Below, piece after piece: positions 38,628 through 53,280 of a stretch of 64,000 bases of DNA. The notes beneath the pieces were generated by a model that saw only the letters and a program-made list of their open reading frames with translations, did no database searches and was not told the DNA's origin. This DNA is from an uncultured Thermoanaerobaculia bacterium (GTDB taxonomy: Bacteria; Acidobacteriota; Thermoanaerobaculia; Multivoradales; CAZRFU01), in contig CAZRFU010000014.1 in assembly GCA_964599475.1 (NCBI GenBank), positions 9,121 to 73,120 of the forward strand, read 5' to 3'. Positions within the stretch are counted from its first letter, which is position 1. The number at the start of each line of letters is the position of its first letter. Made by a program: the position numbers and the translations under genes.

Positions 38628-40009
38628 GGTTTGCCTGCGCCGGCGCCGATGCGGTCGAGCATGCGTGCCACCGATCGGATGCCGCCGTAGAAATTGGGCA
38701 GATCGAACTTCTCGTTGGGCGAGTGCAGGCGGTCGTCGGAAAGGCCGAAGCCGAGCAGCAGCACCGGCACATCGAGCACCTGCGAGAAGGTCGCCACGAT
38801 CGGGATCGAGCCTCCTTCGCGAATGCGCACCGGTCGCTTGCCCCAGACATCCTCCATCGCATCCATGGCTGCCTCGACGATCGGTCCCCTGGCGTCGATC
38901 AGGACGGGGCTCGCTCCGTGGAGGTCCTCGACCTCGACGGTGACCTCGGGGGGTGCGATCGCGCGAATGTGGTGAATGAACAGCTCCGCGATTTCCTTGG
39001 GATCTTGATCCGGCACCAGGCGCATCGAAACCTTGGCGCCCCCCTGAGCCGGGAGGACCGTCTTGGCCCCCTTGCCCTGATAGCCGCCCCAGATGCCGTT
39101 GACGTCGCAGGTCGGCCGCGCCCACACGCGCTCGAGTGTGGTGTACCCGTGTTCGCCAAATGTCCCGGGGACACCAATGGCGCGGCCCCAATCGCCATCG
39201 GAAAACGGCAACTTCGCAAACTCCTCGCGCTCCCAGGCCTCGAGCGGCCGGACCTTGTCGTAGAAGCCCGGAATCGCGACCCTGCCGGTCTTCTGGTCGA
39301 CCAGGGAGCCGACCAGCGACGCCAGGCAGTTCAGCGGGTTGCGCACGCCGCCACCGAACGTGCCGGAATGCAGATCACGGTTCGGGCCCGTGATGCGGAT
39401 TTCCATGTAGGCCAGGCCTTTGAGGCCGTAGAGCAGCGATGGCTGTCCGGGTGCATACATCGAGGAGTCCGAGACCACTACCGCATCGCAGCCGAGCTTG
39501 GCACCGGCGTCGCGACGCACGAACTTCTCGATCGATTCGCCGCCGGACTCCTCCTCACCTTCGATCAGGAACTTGACGTTGACCGGCAGCCGACCGCGCT
39601 CGGCCAAGATCGCCTCGACGCCACGAATGTGGGCAAAGCTCTGCCCTTTGTCGTCGGTGGCGCCACGGGCAACCAGTTGCTGGCCCTCGATGGTGGGTTC
39701 GAAGGGATCGTTGCGCCACAGCTCGATCGGATCGACCGGTTGCACGTCGTAGTGGCCGTAGAACAGCAGCGTCGGGAGCGAAGGATCCTCGATTCGCTCG
39801 GCGTAGACCATCGGATGGCCCCCCTCGCGGATCTGCTCGGCGGCCAGCCCGATGGCTTCAAGCTTGGTTTCGACCCAGTCGGCACAGCGTTGGACATCCG
39901 CAGCGTACGCCGGATCGGTCGACACCGATGGAATCCTGAGGTATTCCTTGAGTTGTTCGAGGCTTTCAGCCTCTTCGCGTCCGATCCGATCCAGTACGTC
40001 TTGACTCAT
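38624..40009 (-). CDS. M20-family dipeptidase
   Basis: HYDVQP, GATDDKG and EGEEESGG metal-binding motifs. Confidence 0.85.
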   Translation of the reverse strand: MSQDVLDRIGREEAESLEQLKEYLRIPSVSTDPAYAADVQRCADWVETKLEAIGLAAEQIREGGHPMVYAERIEDPSLPTLLFYGHYDVQPVDPIELWRNDPFEPTIEGQQLVARGATDDKGQSFAHIRGVEAILAERGRLPVNVKFLIEGEEESGGESIEKFVRRDAGAKLGCDAVVVSDSSMYAPGQPSLLYGLKGLAYMEIRITGPNRDLHSGTFGGGVRNPLNCLASLVGSLVDQKTGRVAIPGFYDKVRPLEAWEREEFAKLPFSDGDWGRAIGVPGTFGEHGYTTLERVWARPTCDVNGIWGGYQGKGAKTVLPAQGGAKVSMRLVPDQDPKEIAELFIHHIRAIAPPEVTVEVEDLHGASPVLIDARGPIVEAAMDAMEDVWGKRPVRIREGGSIPIVATFSQVLDVPVLLLGFGLSDDRLHSPNEKFDLPNFYGGIRSVARMLDRIGAGAGKP

Positions 40010-40069
40010 CTGCTCGTCTCCTGCCGCGAGTCTACCAGGGTGCTCGACACCTCCCCCGCGCGGGGGAGA

Positions 40070-40645
40070 TCACGAGCGTGTTCCATCGTCGGCTGCGACT
40101 GCCGCCCGTGCGACTAGGCGAGGGAGTTGCACCAGGTTGACGACCGCGTGAGCTACCATCGCCGCCAGCAGTGGTCCCCCGGCCGCCGTCGTCAGCGCGC
40201 CGAAACCCCAGCCCGCCAGCAACGCGGTGAGCGTCCACACCAGGAAGTTGCGGCCCGGGCCGATGTGCAGGAGCCCGAAGCAGATGGTGCTTATCGCCAA
40301 GCCCCAAACCGGCAGCATCGCGCCACGAAAGAACAGCTCCTCGGAGACCGATGACAGGAGCGCGAGCACGTAGGCCTCGTCCCGTCGCAAGGGCCCGATC
40401 AGTGCCACCAGATCATCCTCGAGACGGCGAGCCCGGTGGCTCAGCCGGATCGCGACCCACCACGACAGCAACACCGCCGCCCCGACTCCGAGACCCCAGC
40501 CGAGATCCCGCAACCAGTGCTGCGAGATCACCAAATCAAGCTCGAGATCCCGCCCCTGCAGCGCAATCCAGCACAGGGCCACCACGGTGATGACGAGGTA
40601 GAGGCGCGAGGCCTGCCGGAACAGCGGCGTTGCGCCCTCGTGCAT
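40070..40645 (-). CDS. CPBP (CAAX) family intramembrane metalloprotease
   Basis: EELFFRG, FGLLH and HAVVN motifs. Confidence 0.8.
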   Translation of the reverse strand: MHEGATPLFRQASRLYLVITVVALCWIALQGRDLELDLVISQHWLRDLGWGLGVGAAVLLSWWVAIRLSHRARRLEDDLVALIGPLRRDEAYVLALLSSVSEELFFRGAMLPVWGLAISTICFGLLHIGPGRNFLVWTLTALLAGWGFGALTTAAGGPLLAAMVAHAVVNLVQLPRLVARAAVAADDGTRS

Positions 40646-40656
40646 CGCGCCGCCCG

Positions 40657-43197
<2,541 letters not shown>

Positions 43198-43199
43198 GG

Positions 43200-45701
<2,502 letters not shown>

Positions 45702-45801
45702 TCACGAGCTGGAATGGAGGTCGCGGCAGGACGCCACAACCTTTCGATCATACCATTCGCCGACCCTTGCGTGTGGGCTCAAGGGTCACGAGATGCGTCG
45801 T

Positions 45802-46875
45802 TTAGGCCTCTTCGACACGGCCGCCGCGGAGCTTCCAGGTGCGCTCTCGCCGCAGACCCTCCCAGACCTCGGGGCGACTCGACGTGGCAAACAACTCGAG
45901 GTCGTCGGCGACCAGCGACCAGGCCGCCGCCAGCCTGCCCGGATCGAGCTCGGCGTCGGCATCGTCGAAGAGCACCAACGGCAGTCTCCCCCCGCGCGCG
46001 ATTACGCGGGCTCGCGCCAAGGTCAACATCCAGCCGCAGATTTTGCGTTCCCCGGCCGACGCGGCCGCAGCCACATCCGCTCCCTGCCACGAGATCACCA
46101 CCCGGTCGCGGTGGGCTCCGGCGAGGGATCGCTGCTGCTCGACCTCGCGGGACCGGATGCTCTCGAGGTGCACCAGCAGGTGTTCTTCGAGGGCGGCGTC
46201 CTCGAGGTCGGCGAGACCGACCGGGTTTGGTCGATAGGCGAGGTCGACGGCGGCGTCGATGCCGGCGCGTTCCACCATGGCCGCGAGCTCGCGGCGCACT
46301 AGCTCGAGGTGACGGCGGCGAGCGGCGACGAGCCCAGCTGCTTCATGGGCCAGAAGTGCGTCCCAGGCGGCGAGATCGCTGCCGCGGCGCAGCAGCACGC
46401 TGCGTTTGGCCGCCAGCACCTGACGGTACCGCGACAGATTTTCGATCAGGGTCGGCCGCTCGGCTACCACGCCTCGATCGAGGAAGCGACGCCGTGCCGC
46501 CGGGGCTCCGGCCAGGACTTCGCGGTCCGCCTCGCTGAAAGAGACCACCGGGAGCACGCCGAGATGGTCCGACAGGCTCGTCCGGGTTGCGTCGACCCGG
46601 CGTTCGAGGCCTTGGTCTCCGAACCCCACGCGCAGGGTACCGATCCTGGCGGCCTCGACCCTCGCCTCGAGATCGAAGCGGGGGGTACCGTGGCGGCGGC
46701 AGCGCGAGAGGTCACTGGTACGAAACGAACGGGTGGTCGCGACGACGTACATCGCCTCGATCAGACTGGTCTTGCCGGCACCATTGGGCCCGACGATCAG
46801 GTGTCGCCCCGGGCCCGGAGCAAACGGCGAGTCGTCCAGGTTGCGAAAGCCCCGCGCGTTCAGCTCCGCGATCAT
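45802..46875 (-). CDS. recF: DNA replication and repair protein RecF
   Basis: Walker A GPNGAGKTSLIEA and a C-terminal LFDDADAELD signature. Start trimmed to Met22. Confidence 0.9.
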   Translation of the reverse strand: MIAELNARGFRNLDDSPFAPGPGRHLIVGPNGAGKTSLIEAMYVVATTRSFRTSDLSRCRRHGTPRFDLEARVEAARIGTLRVGFGDQGLERRVDATRTSLSDHLGVLPVVSFSEADREVLAGAPAARRRFLDRGVVAERPTLIENLSRYRQVLAAKRSVLLRRGSDLAAWDALLAHEAAGLVAARRRHLELVRRELAAMVERAGIDAAVDLAYRPNPVGLADLEDAALEEHLLVHLESIRSREVEQQRSLAGAHRDRVVISWQGADVAAAASAGERKICGWMLTLARARVIARGGRLPLVLFDDADAELDPGRLAAAWSLVADDLELFATSSRPEVWEGLRRERTWKLRGGRVEEA

Positions 46876-46885
46876 GCCTCGGGGG

Positions 46886-47992
46886 TCATGCCCGCATCGG
46901 CATGACCACACACAACTGCCTCCACCCCTCGACTGCACTCTCCGGGCGTCCTACGCACTGGCTTTCGCTGTCCTGCAGCGCAAAGCGCACCCCAGGATCG
47001 TCGACCACCGCCAGGAACTGCCCGAGGTAGTCGGGGTTGAGGCCGAGCTGAATCTCCGGTCCCTGATAGTCGCACTCGACGGTTTCGATCGCGTCGCCGA
47101 GATCCGGGTTGGCGGCGGAAACCTCGACCTGCCCTTCCGAGAAAGTCAAACGCACCGCCCGACCCCGTTCTCCGGTCAGCAGGGCCACACGTTGAACGGC
47201 GGCAATCAGCGCCTGTCGATCGAGACGGGCTTCGTGCGACAGAGCCCGGGAAAGAACTCGCTCGTAGTCGGGGAAGTTCCCCTCGAGGACGCGGCAGGTC
47301 AGCTCGCGCGCGCCGATGCGAAAACTCAGGTGGTGCTCCGCCCGCCTGAAGAGGAACATCTCGCCGCCGTCGAGTTTCTGGATCTCACCCAGGGCCTTGC
47401 GCGGCACCAGGACTCCGGGTACTTCGGCGCTCGGGGCGGGATCGAGCGGAGCCGAAACGAACGCCAGCCGGTACCCGTCGGTGGCAGCCAACTCGATGCC
47501 GTCGAGTCGGACCTTCAGCAGGGCTCCGTTGAGCTGGAAGCGGGACTCTTCGGCCGAGATCGCGAAAATGGTCTTGCCGATGGCGGCCCTCAGCGTCGTC
47601 GCCGGAATGGCGATTTCGGAGGCTTCGTCCACGCTGGCGAGGGTAGGGAAGGTCCCGGGATCGGCGCCACGAATGCGAAAGCGGCTCCGGCCTGCTCGAA
47701 TGCGCAGGGTCTGGGGCTCTTCTTCGTCGAGCTGAACGGTCTCGGCCCCCAGTGCCCGAATGATCTCGGTCAGCTTGCGGGCGGCGATGGCTACCACCCC
47801 CGGCCGCCGCACTTCCGCTTCACACGAAGTCGACAGGGACACGTCGAGGTCGGTGCCGGCCAGTCGCAGCCGGCCGTCTGCCGCTTCGATGCGCAGGTGC
47901 GACAGGATCTGAATGGCAGCGCGGCGTTCGACGATGCCCTGCAACAGGGTCAGCTCGGCGAGGAGGTCGTCGCGGCGAATTGTGACGTCCAT
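46886..47992 (-). CDS. dnaN: DNA polymerase III beta sliding clamp
   Basis: Three-domain clamp. Synteny dnaA-dnaN-recF-gyrB. Confidence 0.9.
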   Translation of the reverse strand: MDVTIRRDDLLAELTLLQGIVERRAAIQILSHLRIEAADGRLRLAGTDLDVSLSTSCEAEVRRPGVVAIAARKLTEIIRALGAETVQLDEEEPQTLRIRAGRSRFRIRGADPGTFPTLASVDEASEIAIPATTLRAAIGKTIFAISAEESRFQLNGALLKVRLDGIELAATDGYRLAFVSAPLDPAPSAEVPGVLVPRKALGEIQKLDGGEMFLFRRAEHHLSFRIGARELTCRVLEGNFPDYERVLSRALSHEARLDRQALIAAVQRVALLTGERGRAVRLTFSEGQVEVSAANPDLGDAIETVECDYQGPEIQLGLNPDYLGQFLAVVDDPGVRFALQDSESQCVGRPESAVEGWRQLCVVMPMRA

Positions 47993-48219
47993 CAGAAAAC
48001 TCCGTCTTCTAGAGGGTCAGGATGGTACCACAGCAGTCGGTCACCGGATGCCCTGTGGAAACTGCGGAAAACCCTTGATCCATCTTCTCTTCAACGAGAT
48101 AGAGCTCAACAGGAGAGGCCATCGAGGGTGTGGAAAGTCTGCGGAGCCGAGTTGCGGATGGGTGGATCCGCAACGGTTCAGAAGGGGATCCACAGGGTTT
48201 CTCCGCAGGCTGTGGAAAA
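47993..48219. other. Candidate oriC: dnaA-dnaN intergenic DnaA-box cluster
   Basis: TGTGGAAAC (about 48054), TGTGGAAAG (about 48129), GGATCCACA (about 48187) and TGTGGAAAA (about 48211), plus a degenerate GGTGGATCC. A comparatively AT-rich stretch lies at about 48072-48118, and TTGCGGAT...ATCCGCAA is an inverted repeat. Confidence 0.55.
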
Positions 48220-49509
48220 TCAGGCGAGGAAGCGCTGGATCATGCGTTCGAGGGTCTGGTCGAACTCGCGGTCGGTCGAGCGCAGTTCCTCGATCTTCTC
48301 CACCGAGTACATCACCGTGGAGTGGTGTTTGCCGTTGAACTGCCGGCCGATTTCGGGGAAGGAGAGATTGGTGAGGCGCTTGCAGAGATACATCGCGACC
48401 TGGCGCGGAAAGGCGACCTGTTTGGCGTTGGAGCGACTCTTGAGCTCGCTGACCTTGAGGCCGTAGTGGCGAGCGACGAATTTTGCGATCTCGGCTGCCG
48501 AGGTTCGTCGCTCGCCGCCGGGGACGATGTCCTTGAGGGTCTCCTGAGCCAGATCGAGCGAGAGCGGGCGGCCGGTCAGCGAGGAGAAGGCGATGACCCG
48601 CGTGAGCAGCCCCTCGAGCTCACGCACGTTGGATCGCACCAGCTGGGCGAGGAACAAGGCCACCTCGTCCGGAAGGTCGAGGGCGTCGAGATCGGCCTTG
48701 CGACGCAGGATCGCGATCTTGGTCTCGAGGTCGGGAGGTTGGATGTCCGCGATCAGTCCCCACTCGAAACGACTCCGCAGGCGTTCCTCGAGGGTGGGAA
48801 TTTGCCGTGGCGAAGAATCGGAGGACAGGATGATCTGCTTTTGCGCGGTGTAGAGCGTGTTGAAGGTGTGAAAGAACTCTTCTTGCGTTCGTTCCTTGTT
48901 GGCGATGAACTGCACATCGTCGATCATCAGGACATCGATGGTGCGGTAGCGCTCGCGGAAGACCGGCATCCGCTCGAAACGAATCGAGTTGATCAGATCG
49001 TTGACGAACTGTTCAGCCGGCAGGTAGGCCACGGTCAGATGCGGATGGCGCTGGACGATGGCGTGGCCGATGGCGTGGAGCAGGTGGGTCTTGCCCAGGC
49101 CTACGCCGCCATACAGGAACAGTGGGTTGTAGGAGTGGGAAGGAGATTCGGCCACCGCTCGGGCGGCGGCGTGGGCAAACTGGTTGGAGGACCCGACGAC
49201 GAAGGAGTCGAAGACGTAGCGTGGGTTGAGCCCGGTAGCCAGCCCACGGGGGGTTTCCGCGGTGTCGTCTTCCTCCCGTGGGACGACGAGCTCGAGCTCG
49301 ACGCCGAGGTCGAGCTCGATGGATCGAACGATGTCGCCGTAGGAGCCTCTGAGGGTCGAGACGAAGGTGGCGTTTGGAGCGCCCACCTCGAGGCGCGAGC
49401 CGCGACTGCCGAGCAGGGTCAGCGGGCGCACCCACGTTGCCCACTCGTGGGGCTCGAGCTCCGACTGCAGGCGGTCGCGGAAGGTCGACCAGAGCGGGTG
49501 TATCGTCAT
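48220..49509 (-). CDS. dnaA: Chromosomal replication initiator DnaA
   Basis: AAA+ Walker A GGVGLGKTHLL and a C-terminal DNA-binding domain (QVAMYLCKRLTNLSFPEIG). Start trimmed to Met52. Confidence 0.95.
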   Translation of the reverse strand: MTIHPLWSTFRDRLQSELEPHEWATWVRPLTLLGSRGSRLEVGAPNATFVSTLRGSYGDIVRSIELDLGVELELVVPREEDDTAETPRGLATGLNPRYVFDSFVVGSSNQFAHAAARAVAESPSHSYNPLFLYGGVGLGKTHLLHAIGHAIVQRHPHLTVAYLPAEQFVNDLINSIRFERMPVFRERYRTIDVLMIDDVQFIANKERTQEEFFHTFNTLYTAQKQIILSSDSSPRQIPTLEERLRSRFEWGLIADIQPPDLETKIAILRRKADLDALDLPDEVALFLAQLVRSNVRELEGLLTRVIAFSSLTGRPLSLDLAQETLKDIVPGGERRTSAAEIAKFVARHYGLKVSELKSRSNAKQVAFPRQVAMYLCKRLTNLSFPEIGRQFNGKHHSTVMYSVEKIEELRSTDREFDQTLERMIQRFLA

Positions 49510-50000
49510 CGCGGCAAGTTGACTCGTCGGGCCCAGCTCCCAGGCCAGCAGGGTGAGTGGGACCGTAGAAGTTATCACGACGGCGAGCCTGTTCCAGGAA
49601 GTAGGGGAGACGTGTCGCGGTGAGAGTGGCACGGTGTTTGCTTCCTCGTCGAGGCAGAACACGGCCGCGAGGAGGTTTCGCTCGCCAGTTCTTTTCCCAT
49701 CCCATCAGGAGATTCGGATCTCCACCTCTCTACTCCCTTTCCCCATCCCCTGATTTCCCAGGGGTCGATTCCCACAGCCAACCCGAGCACGAGACCTCCT
49801 CCGCGCGCAACCCCCCGGAAACCCGGGGGGTTGTAGTGTTTATGGGAGAACCTCGGCGATCGGCCCTTCGACTCGCCGCGGCGCGGCGAAGGGAAGGATG
49901 ACGGGTAGATCATCGATGAGTGCCGGAATGTCGCGGCGATAGAGGCAAGCGGGCGAGCGGGCGAAGGTTTCGGCCAAATAGGCACGGCCAAGTTGACACG

Positions 50001-51059
50001 ATGGACGCCACCAATCTGCTCGAATGGTTTGACACGGTGCGGCGCGATCTGCCGTGGCGCAAGCGTCGCGACCCGTGGGCGGTGTTGGTGTCGGAGATCA
50101 TGCTTCAGCAGACCCAGGTCGAGCGAGTGGTGGGGTACTGGGAGCGCTTCCTCGCACGCTTTCCGGACGTAGAGTCGTGCGCCGACGCTGAGGTCGACGA
50201 GGTCCTGGCGCTGTGGACGGGGCTCGGCTACTACCGGCGCGGGAGGGCGTTGCATACCGCGGCTCGGGCACTGGTGGCGGATGGGGCGCCGCAGCGTTGG
50301 CCGGAGTCGGCGCGAGACTGGCGCCGTTTACCCGGGATCGGCTCGTATACTGCAGCCGCTCTCGCTTCTTCCTGCGCCGGTGAAATGGTGGCTGCGGTCG
50401 ACGCGAACGTGCAGCGGGTGGTTGGTCGGTGGCTCGGGTTGCGGGGCAGCTACGGCGCCGGGGAAAGGGAGGCCATCGAGCAGCGGGCGGAAAGTGTCCT
50501 CGATCGCTCCCGACCCGGCGACAGCAACCAAGCCCTGATCGAGCTCGGGGCGTTGATCTGTCGCCCCCGGAAGCCTTCGTGTGGGGCCTGCCCGCTGGAG
50601 CGGTCGTGTGCAGCGGCTGCCAGCGGGGAGCCGACCGAGTTTGGCCCGGCGCGAGTGGTTCGGGCGGCGACCGAGGTCGTGCTGACCGTGGTGTGGGTGG
50701 AGAGAGCCGGTCGGGTGTTGTTGGTTCGGCGTTCGAGCGAAGAAGGATTGCTCGACGGGCTGTGGGAGTTGCCGTGGTGTGAAGGTCGAGCCGAGGAGAG
50801 CTTGAGGTGTCGCTACGGGGTCGATATCCGCATCGGAAGGGTCGTCGGCCGCTGTCGTCACGCGATCACCTTTCGACGGATCTCGGCGGTGGTGGTCGAG
50901 GCCGAGAGTTGCGGTGCACCGGCGGCTGGAGTGTGGTGGCCGATCGAGCAGATCGACGGGATCGCCACGTCGAGCCTAGTGCTGAAGGTGAAGTCGTTGG
51001 TGCTCGGTGCAAGGGCCCGAGGCGCGGTCATCGACCCGAGGTCGAAGGCCCCCCGCTGA
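50001..51059 (+). CDS. mutY: A/G-specific adenine DNA glycosylase MutY (HhH-GPD plus 4Fe-4S loop plus C-terminal NUDIX-like domain)
   Basis: LPWRKRRDPWAVLVSEIMLQQTQV, FeS loop CRPRKPSCGACPLERSC. Start trimmed to Met28. Confidence 0.85.
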   Translation: MDATNLLEWFDTVRRDLPWRKRRDPWAVLVSEIMLQQTQVERVVGYWERFLARFPDVESCADAEVDEVLALWTGLGYYRRGRALHTAARALVADGAPQRWPESARDWRRLPGIGSYTAAALASSCAGEMVAAVDANVQRVVGRWLGLRGSYGAGEREAIEQRAESVLDRSRPGDSNQALIELGALICRPRKPSCGACPLERSCAAAASGEPTEFGPARVVRAATEVVLTVVWVERAGRVLLVRRSSEEGLLDGLWELPWCEGRAEESLRCRYGVDIRIGRVVGRCRHAITFRRISAVVVEAESCGAPAAGVWWPIEQIDGIATSSLVLKVKSLVLGARARGAVIDPRSKAPR

Positions 51060-52017
51060 GGACATACCAGCCGACGATCTTGTCGTCGGTTTCGCGCAGC
51101 CGCTTCGATATCAGCAGGCACAGGATGGTCAGGAGGCGGACCGAGGAAACTCCCCGCTGGTGCAGCAGGCTGTCGACGACCTGCTTGGGAATCGCCAGCA
51201 CGGATGCCCCGCCGGAGTGGGCTCGGGCATCGGCCGAACGCGGACGGTCGTCGATCAGAGCCATCTCGCCGAAGTAGTCGCCGCGCTCCAAGAAGGAAAG
51301 GGCCTCCTCGCCGGCTCCCGGGACGTCCTTGCTGATGCGCACCTTGCCGTCGAGGACGACGTAGAGGTGCTCGCCGGCCTCCCCCTCGCGGAAGATGGTG
51401 TGACCGGCTCGGAACTGGAGTTGCTTCGAGACGGAAGCAAGGAAGTTGATCTCCATTTGGGACAACTTCTGTTCGCTGAAGAGCTTGCGCTTTTCGTCGA
51501 GACCCCCGGCAGTGACAGGAGTAGCGATGTCTGCGGGGCGCCGGGTCGCCGCTGAGGGCGAACGGGAGGTGTTGCCGAAGAACTCGAGCAGTCGTTCGTT
51601 GGTAGCCCGGAGTTTGGAAGACAGAGACTTCCAGAATGCCCAGTAGAGCGCGGCGGCGAAGGCCTTGTCGGTGTCGAGACGGCTGCGGATCGCCGCGGGT
51701 GACAACAGGAGCAGCTCGGATGCCTCCTCCATCACGACGTCACCCGAGCGGGCGCGACCGTCGATGAACCCGGTTTCGCCGAAGATGTCACCTCGACCAA
51801 GGGTTGCCAGTCGATACGGGCCGTAGGGGGTGGAGCGCTGCACCTTTACCGCCCCGCGCTCGACCACGTAGCAGTCGGCTGACTCTTCCCCTTCGGCGAA
51901 CAAGGTGGCACCGGCGGGTAGCCGGACCCGGGAGGCGCAGGCGGCAAGCTGCTCGAACAGCTCGGGTGAAAAGTGCGCGAAGTAGGGATGGTCGAGGAGG
52001 GCGGAGTCGACGCGCAC
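51028..52017 (-). CDS. Tandem cyclic-nucleotide-binding (CAP_ED) domain protein
   Basis: Two cNMP-binding cassettes (GDIFGE...RSA and GDYFGEMAL...RSA), no recognisable output domain. Confidence 0.8.
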   Translation of the reverse strand: MRVDSALLDHPYFAHFSPELFEQLAACASRVRLPAGATLFAEGEESADCYVVERGAVKVQRSTPYGPYRLATLGRGDIFGETGFIDGRARSGDVVMEEASELLLLSPAAIRSRLDTDKAFAAALYWAFWKSLSSKLRATNERLLEFFGNTSRSPSAATRRPADIATPVTAGGLDEKRKLFSEQKLSQMEINFLASVSKQLQFRAGHTIFREGEAGEHLYVVLDGKVRISKDVPGAGEEALSFLERGDYFGEMALIDDRPRSADARAHSGGASVLAIPKQVVDSLLHQRGVSSVRLLTILCLLISKRLRETDDKIVGWYVLSGGPSTSGR

Positions 52018-52026
52018 GGGCTGATG

Positions 52027-53280
52027 TTAGCGCGAGAGCTCGCTGGATCCCAAGATCTCGACGAGGAGATCGAGAGCGAGGGTGAGATCGCGGCGCGAGA
52101 TCGTCAGCGGCGGCAGAAGTTGCACGGTGGTTCCACGGCGACCGCCGGCGAGGAGCAGGACTCCCTGCTCACGGGCGCGAAGGGCAAGGTTCGAAGCTGC
52201 TCGAGGCGTCGGCAGATCGATGGCCCACATCAGGCCGCGACCGCGCAGGGGCAGCGGCCCGAGGGGCGAGCGCTGGCAGGCGGGAGCGAGCCGAGACTGC
52301 AGCAGCGTGGCGTGCCGCCTCACTCGGGCCAGCCGCCGCGGATCGCCGAGTCGCGGCACCGTCGCGAGTGCAGCGGCACAGGCAAGAGGATGAGCAAGAA
52401 AGGTGGCGGTGTGCAGGGCCTCGCCGGTCTTGGGCCAGGCGGCGAAGACTTCCGGCGGGGCGAGGACTCCGGCGAGTGGCAGACCACCGCCGATCGCCTT
52501 GCCGAAGCACAGGAGATCGGGGACGACGCCTTCGGTCGTAGAAGCCCAGAAGGAACCGGTGCGCCCCCCCCCAGTGAGGACTTCGTCGGCGATGAACAGG
52601 GCCCCCGCGCCGGCTGCTCGGCGGGAGAGCTCGGCAAGCCAGCCTGGAGGTGCCACGTGCACGCCCTCGCGCCCGGGGATTGGTTCGGCCAGCACGGCCG
52701 CAACCGGGCTTCGGCGGAGGGCGCGCTGGACCGCATCGAGATCCGCGCCCCACGGCAGGTGGTGGATGTGGGGATCGAGGTGGGCGGCGAAAGGCTCTCG
52801 GAAACGTCCACGGGCGGTGGCCGCGAGGGCGCCGGCAGTGAGGCCGTGGTAGCCGACGTCGAAGGCGAGGATCGTCTTCCGGGAAGTGGCCAGGCGCGCG
52901 GTTTTCAGGGCGATCTCGACGGCGTCGGCGCCGGAGATTGCCCAGTAGACTTGGGCGGGTTGCCGGGGCGAAGCAGCCGTGAGCATCTGCGCTGCGGCGA
53001 TCCTCGCGGGATGGGCGGCGACGTCGCCGAGACCGTGGAGCAAGGAGCGGAGCTGGCGGCGGATGGCGGAGAGGACGAAGGAGGGGCGGTGGCCGAGAGC
53101 GGCGACGCCGAAGCCAGAGGTGAAGTCGAGCAGGCGGCGGCCATCGAGGTCGGTGACCCAGGATCCCGTGGCGGATTGCCAGACCAGCGACGGTTGGTCA
53201 TCCCACAGGGTATTGACGCCGGGTGCTTCCAGGCGGCGCAGCAGATCGGCTGCGGCGAGGGTGGCGGGCGAGACGGTCAC
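52027..53280 (-). CDS. Class III (omega) aminotransferase
   Basis: FIADEVLTGGGRTG and FGKAIGGGLP PLP-lysine motifs. Confidence 0.85.
   Translation of the reverse strand: MTVSPATLAAADLLRRLEAPGVNTLWDDQPSLVWQSATGSWVTDLDGRRLLDFTSGFGVAALGHRPSFVLSAIRRQLRSLLHGLGDVAAHPARIAAAQMLTAASPRQPAQVYWAISGADAVEIALKTARLATSRKTILAFDVGYHGLTAGALAATARGRFREPFAAHLDPHIHHLPWGADLDAVQRALRRSPVAAVLAEPIPGREGVHVAPPGWLAELSRRAAGAGALFIADEVLTGGGRTGSFWASTTEGVVPDLLCFGKAIGGGLPLAGVLAPPEVFAAWPKTGEALHTATFLAHPLACAAALATVPRLGDPRRLARVRRHATLLQSRLAPACQRSPLGPLPLRGRGLMWAIDLPTPRAASNLALRAREQGVLLLAGGRRGTTVQLLPPLTISRRDLTLALDLLVEILGSSELSR

Noticed and set aside
49993-49998. TTGACA hexamer just upstream of the mutY ATG
   Set aside because: It lies only 2 nt from the start codon, so it cannot be the -35 of a promoter for this gene. 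Chance match.
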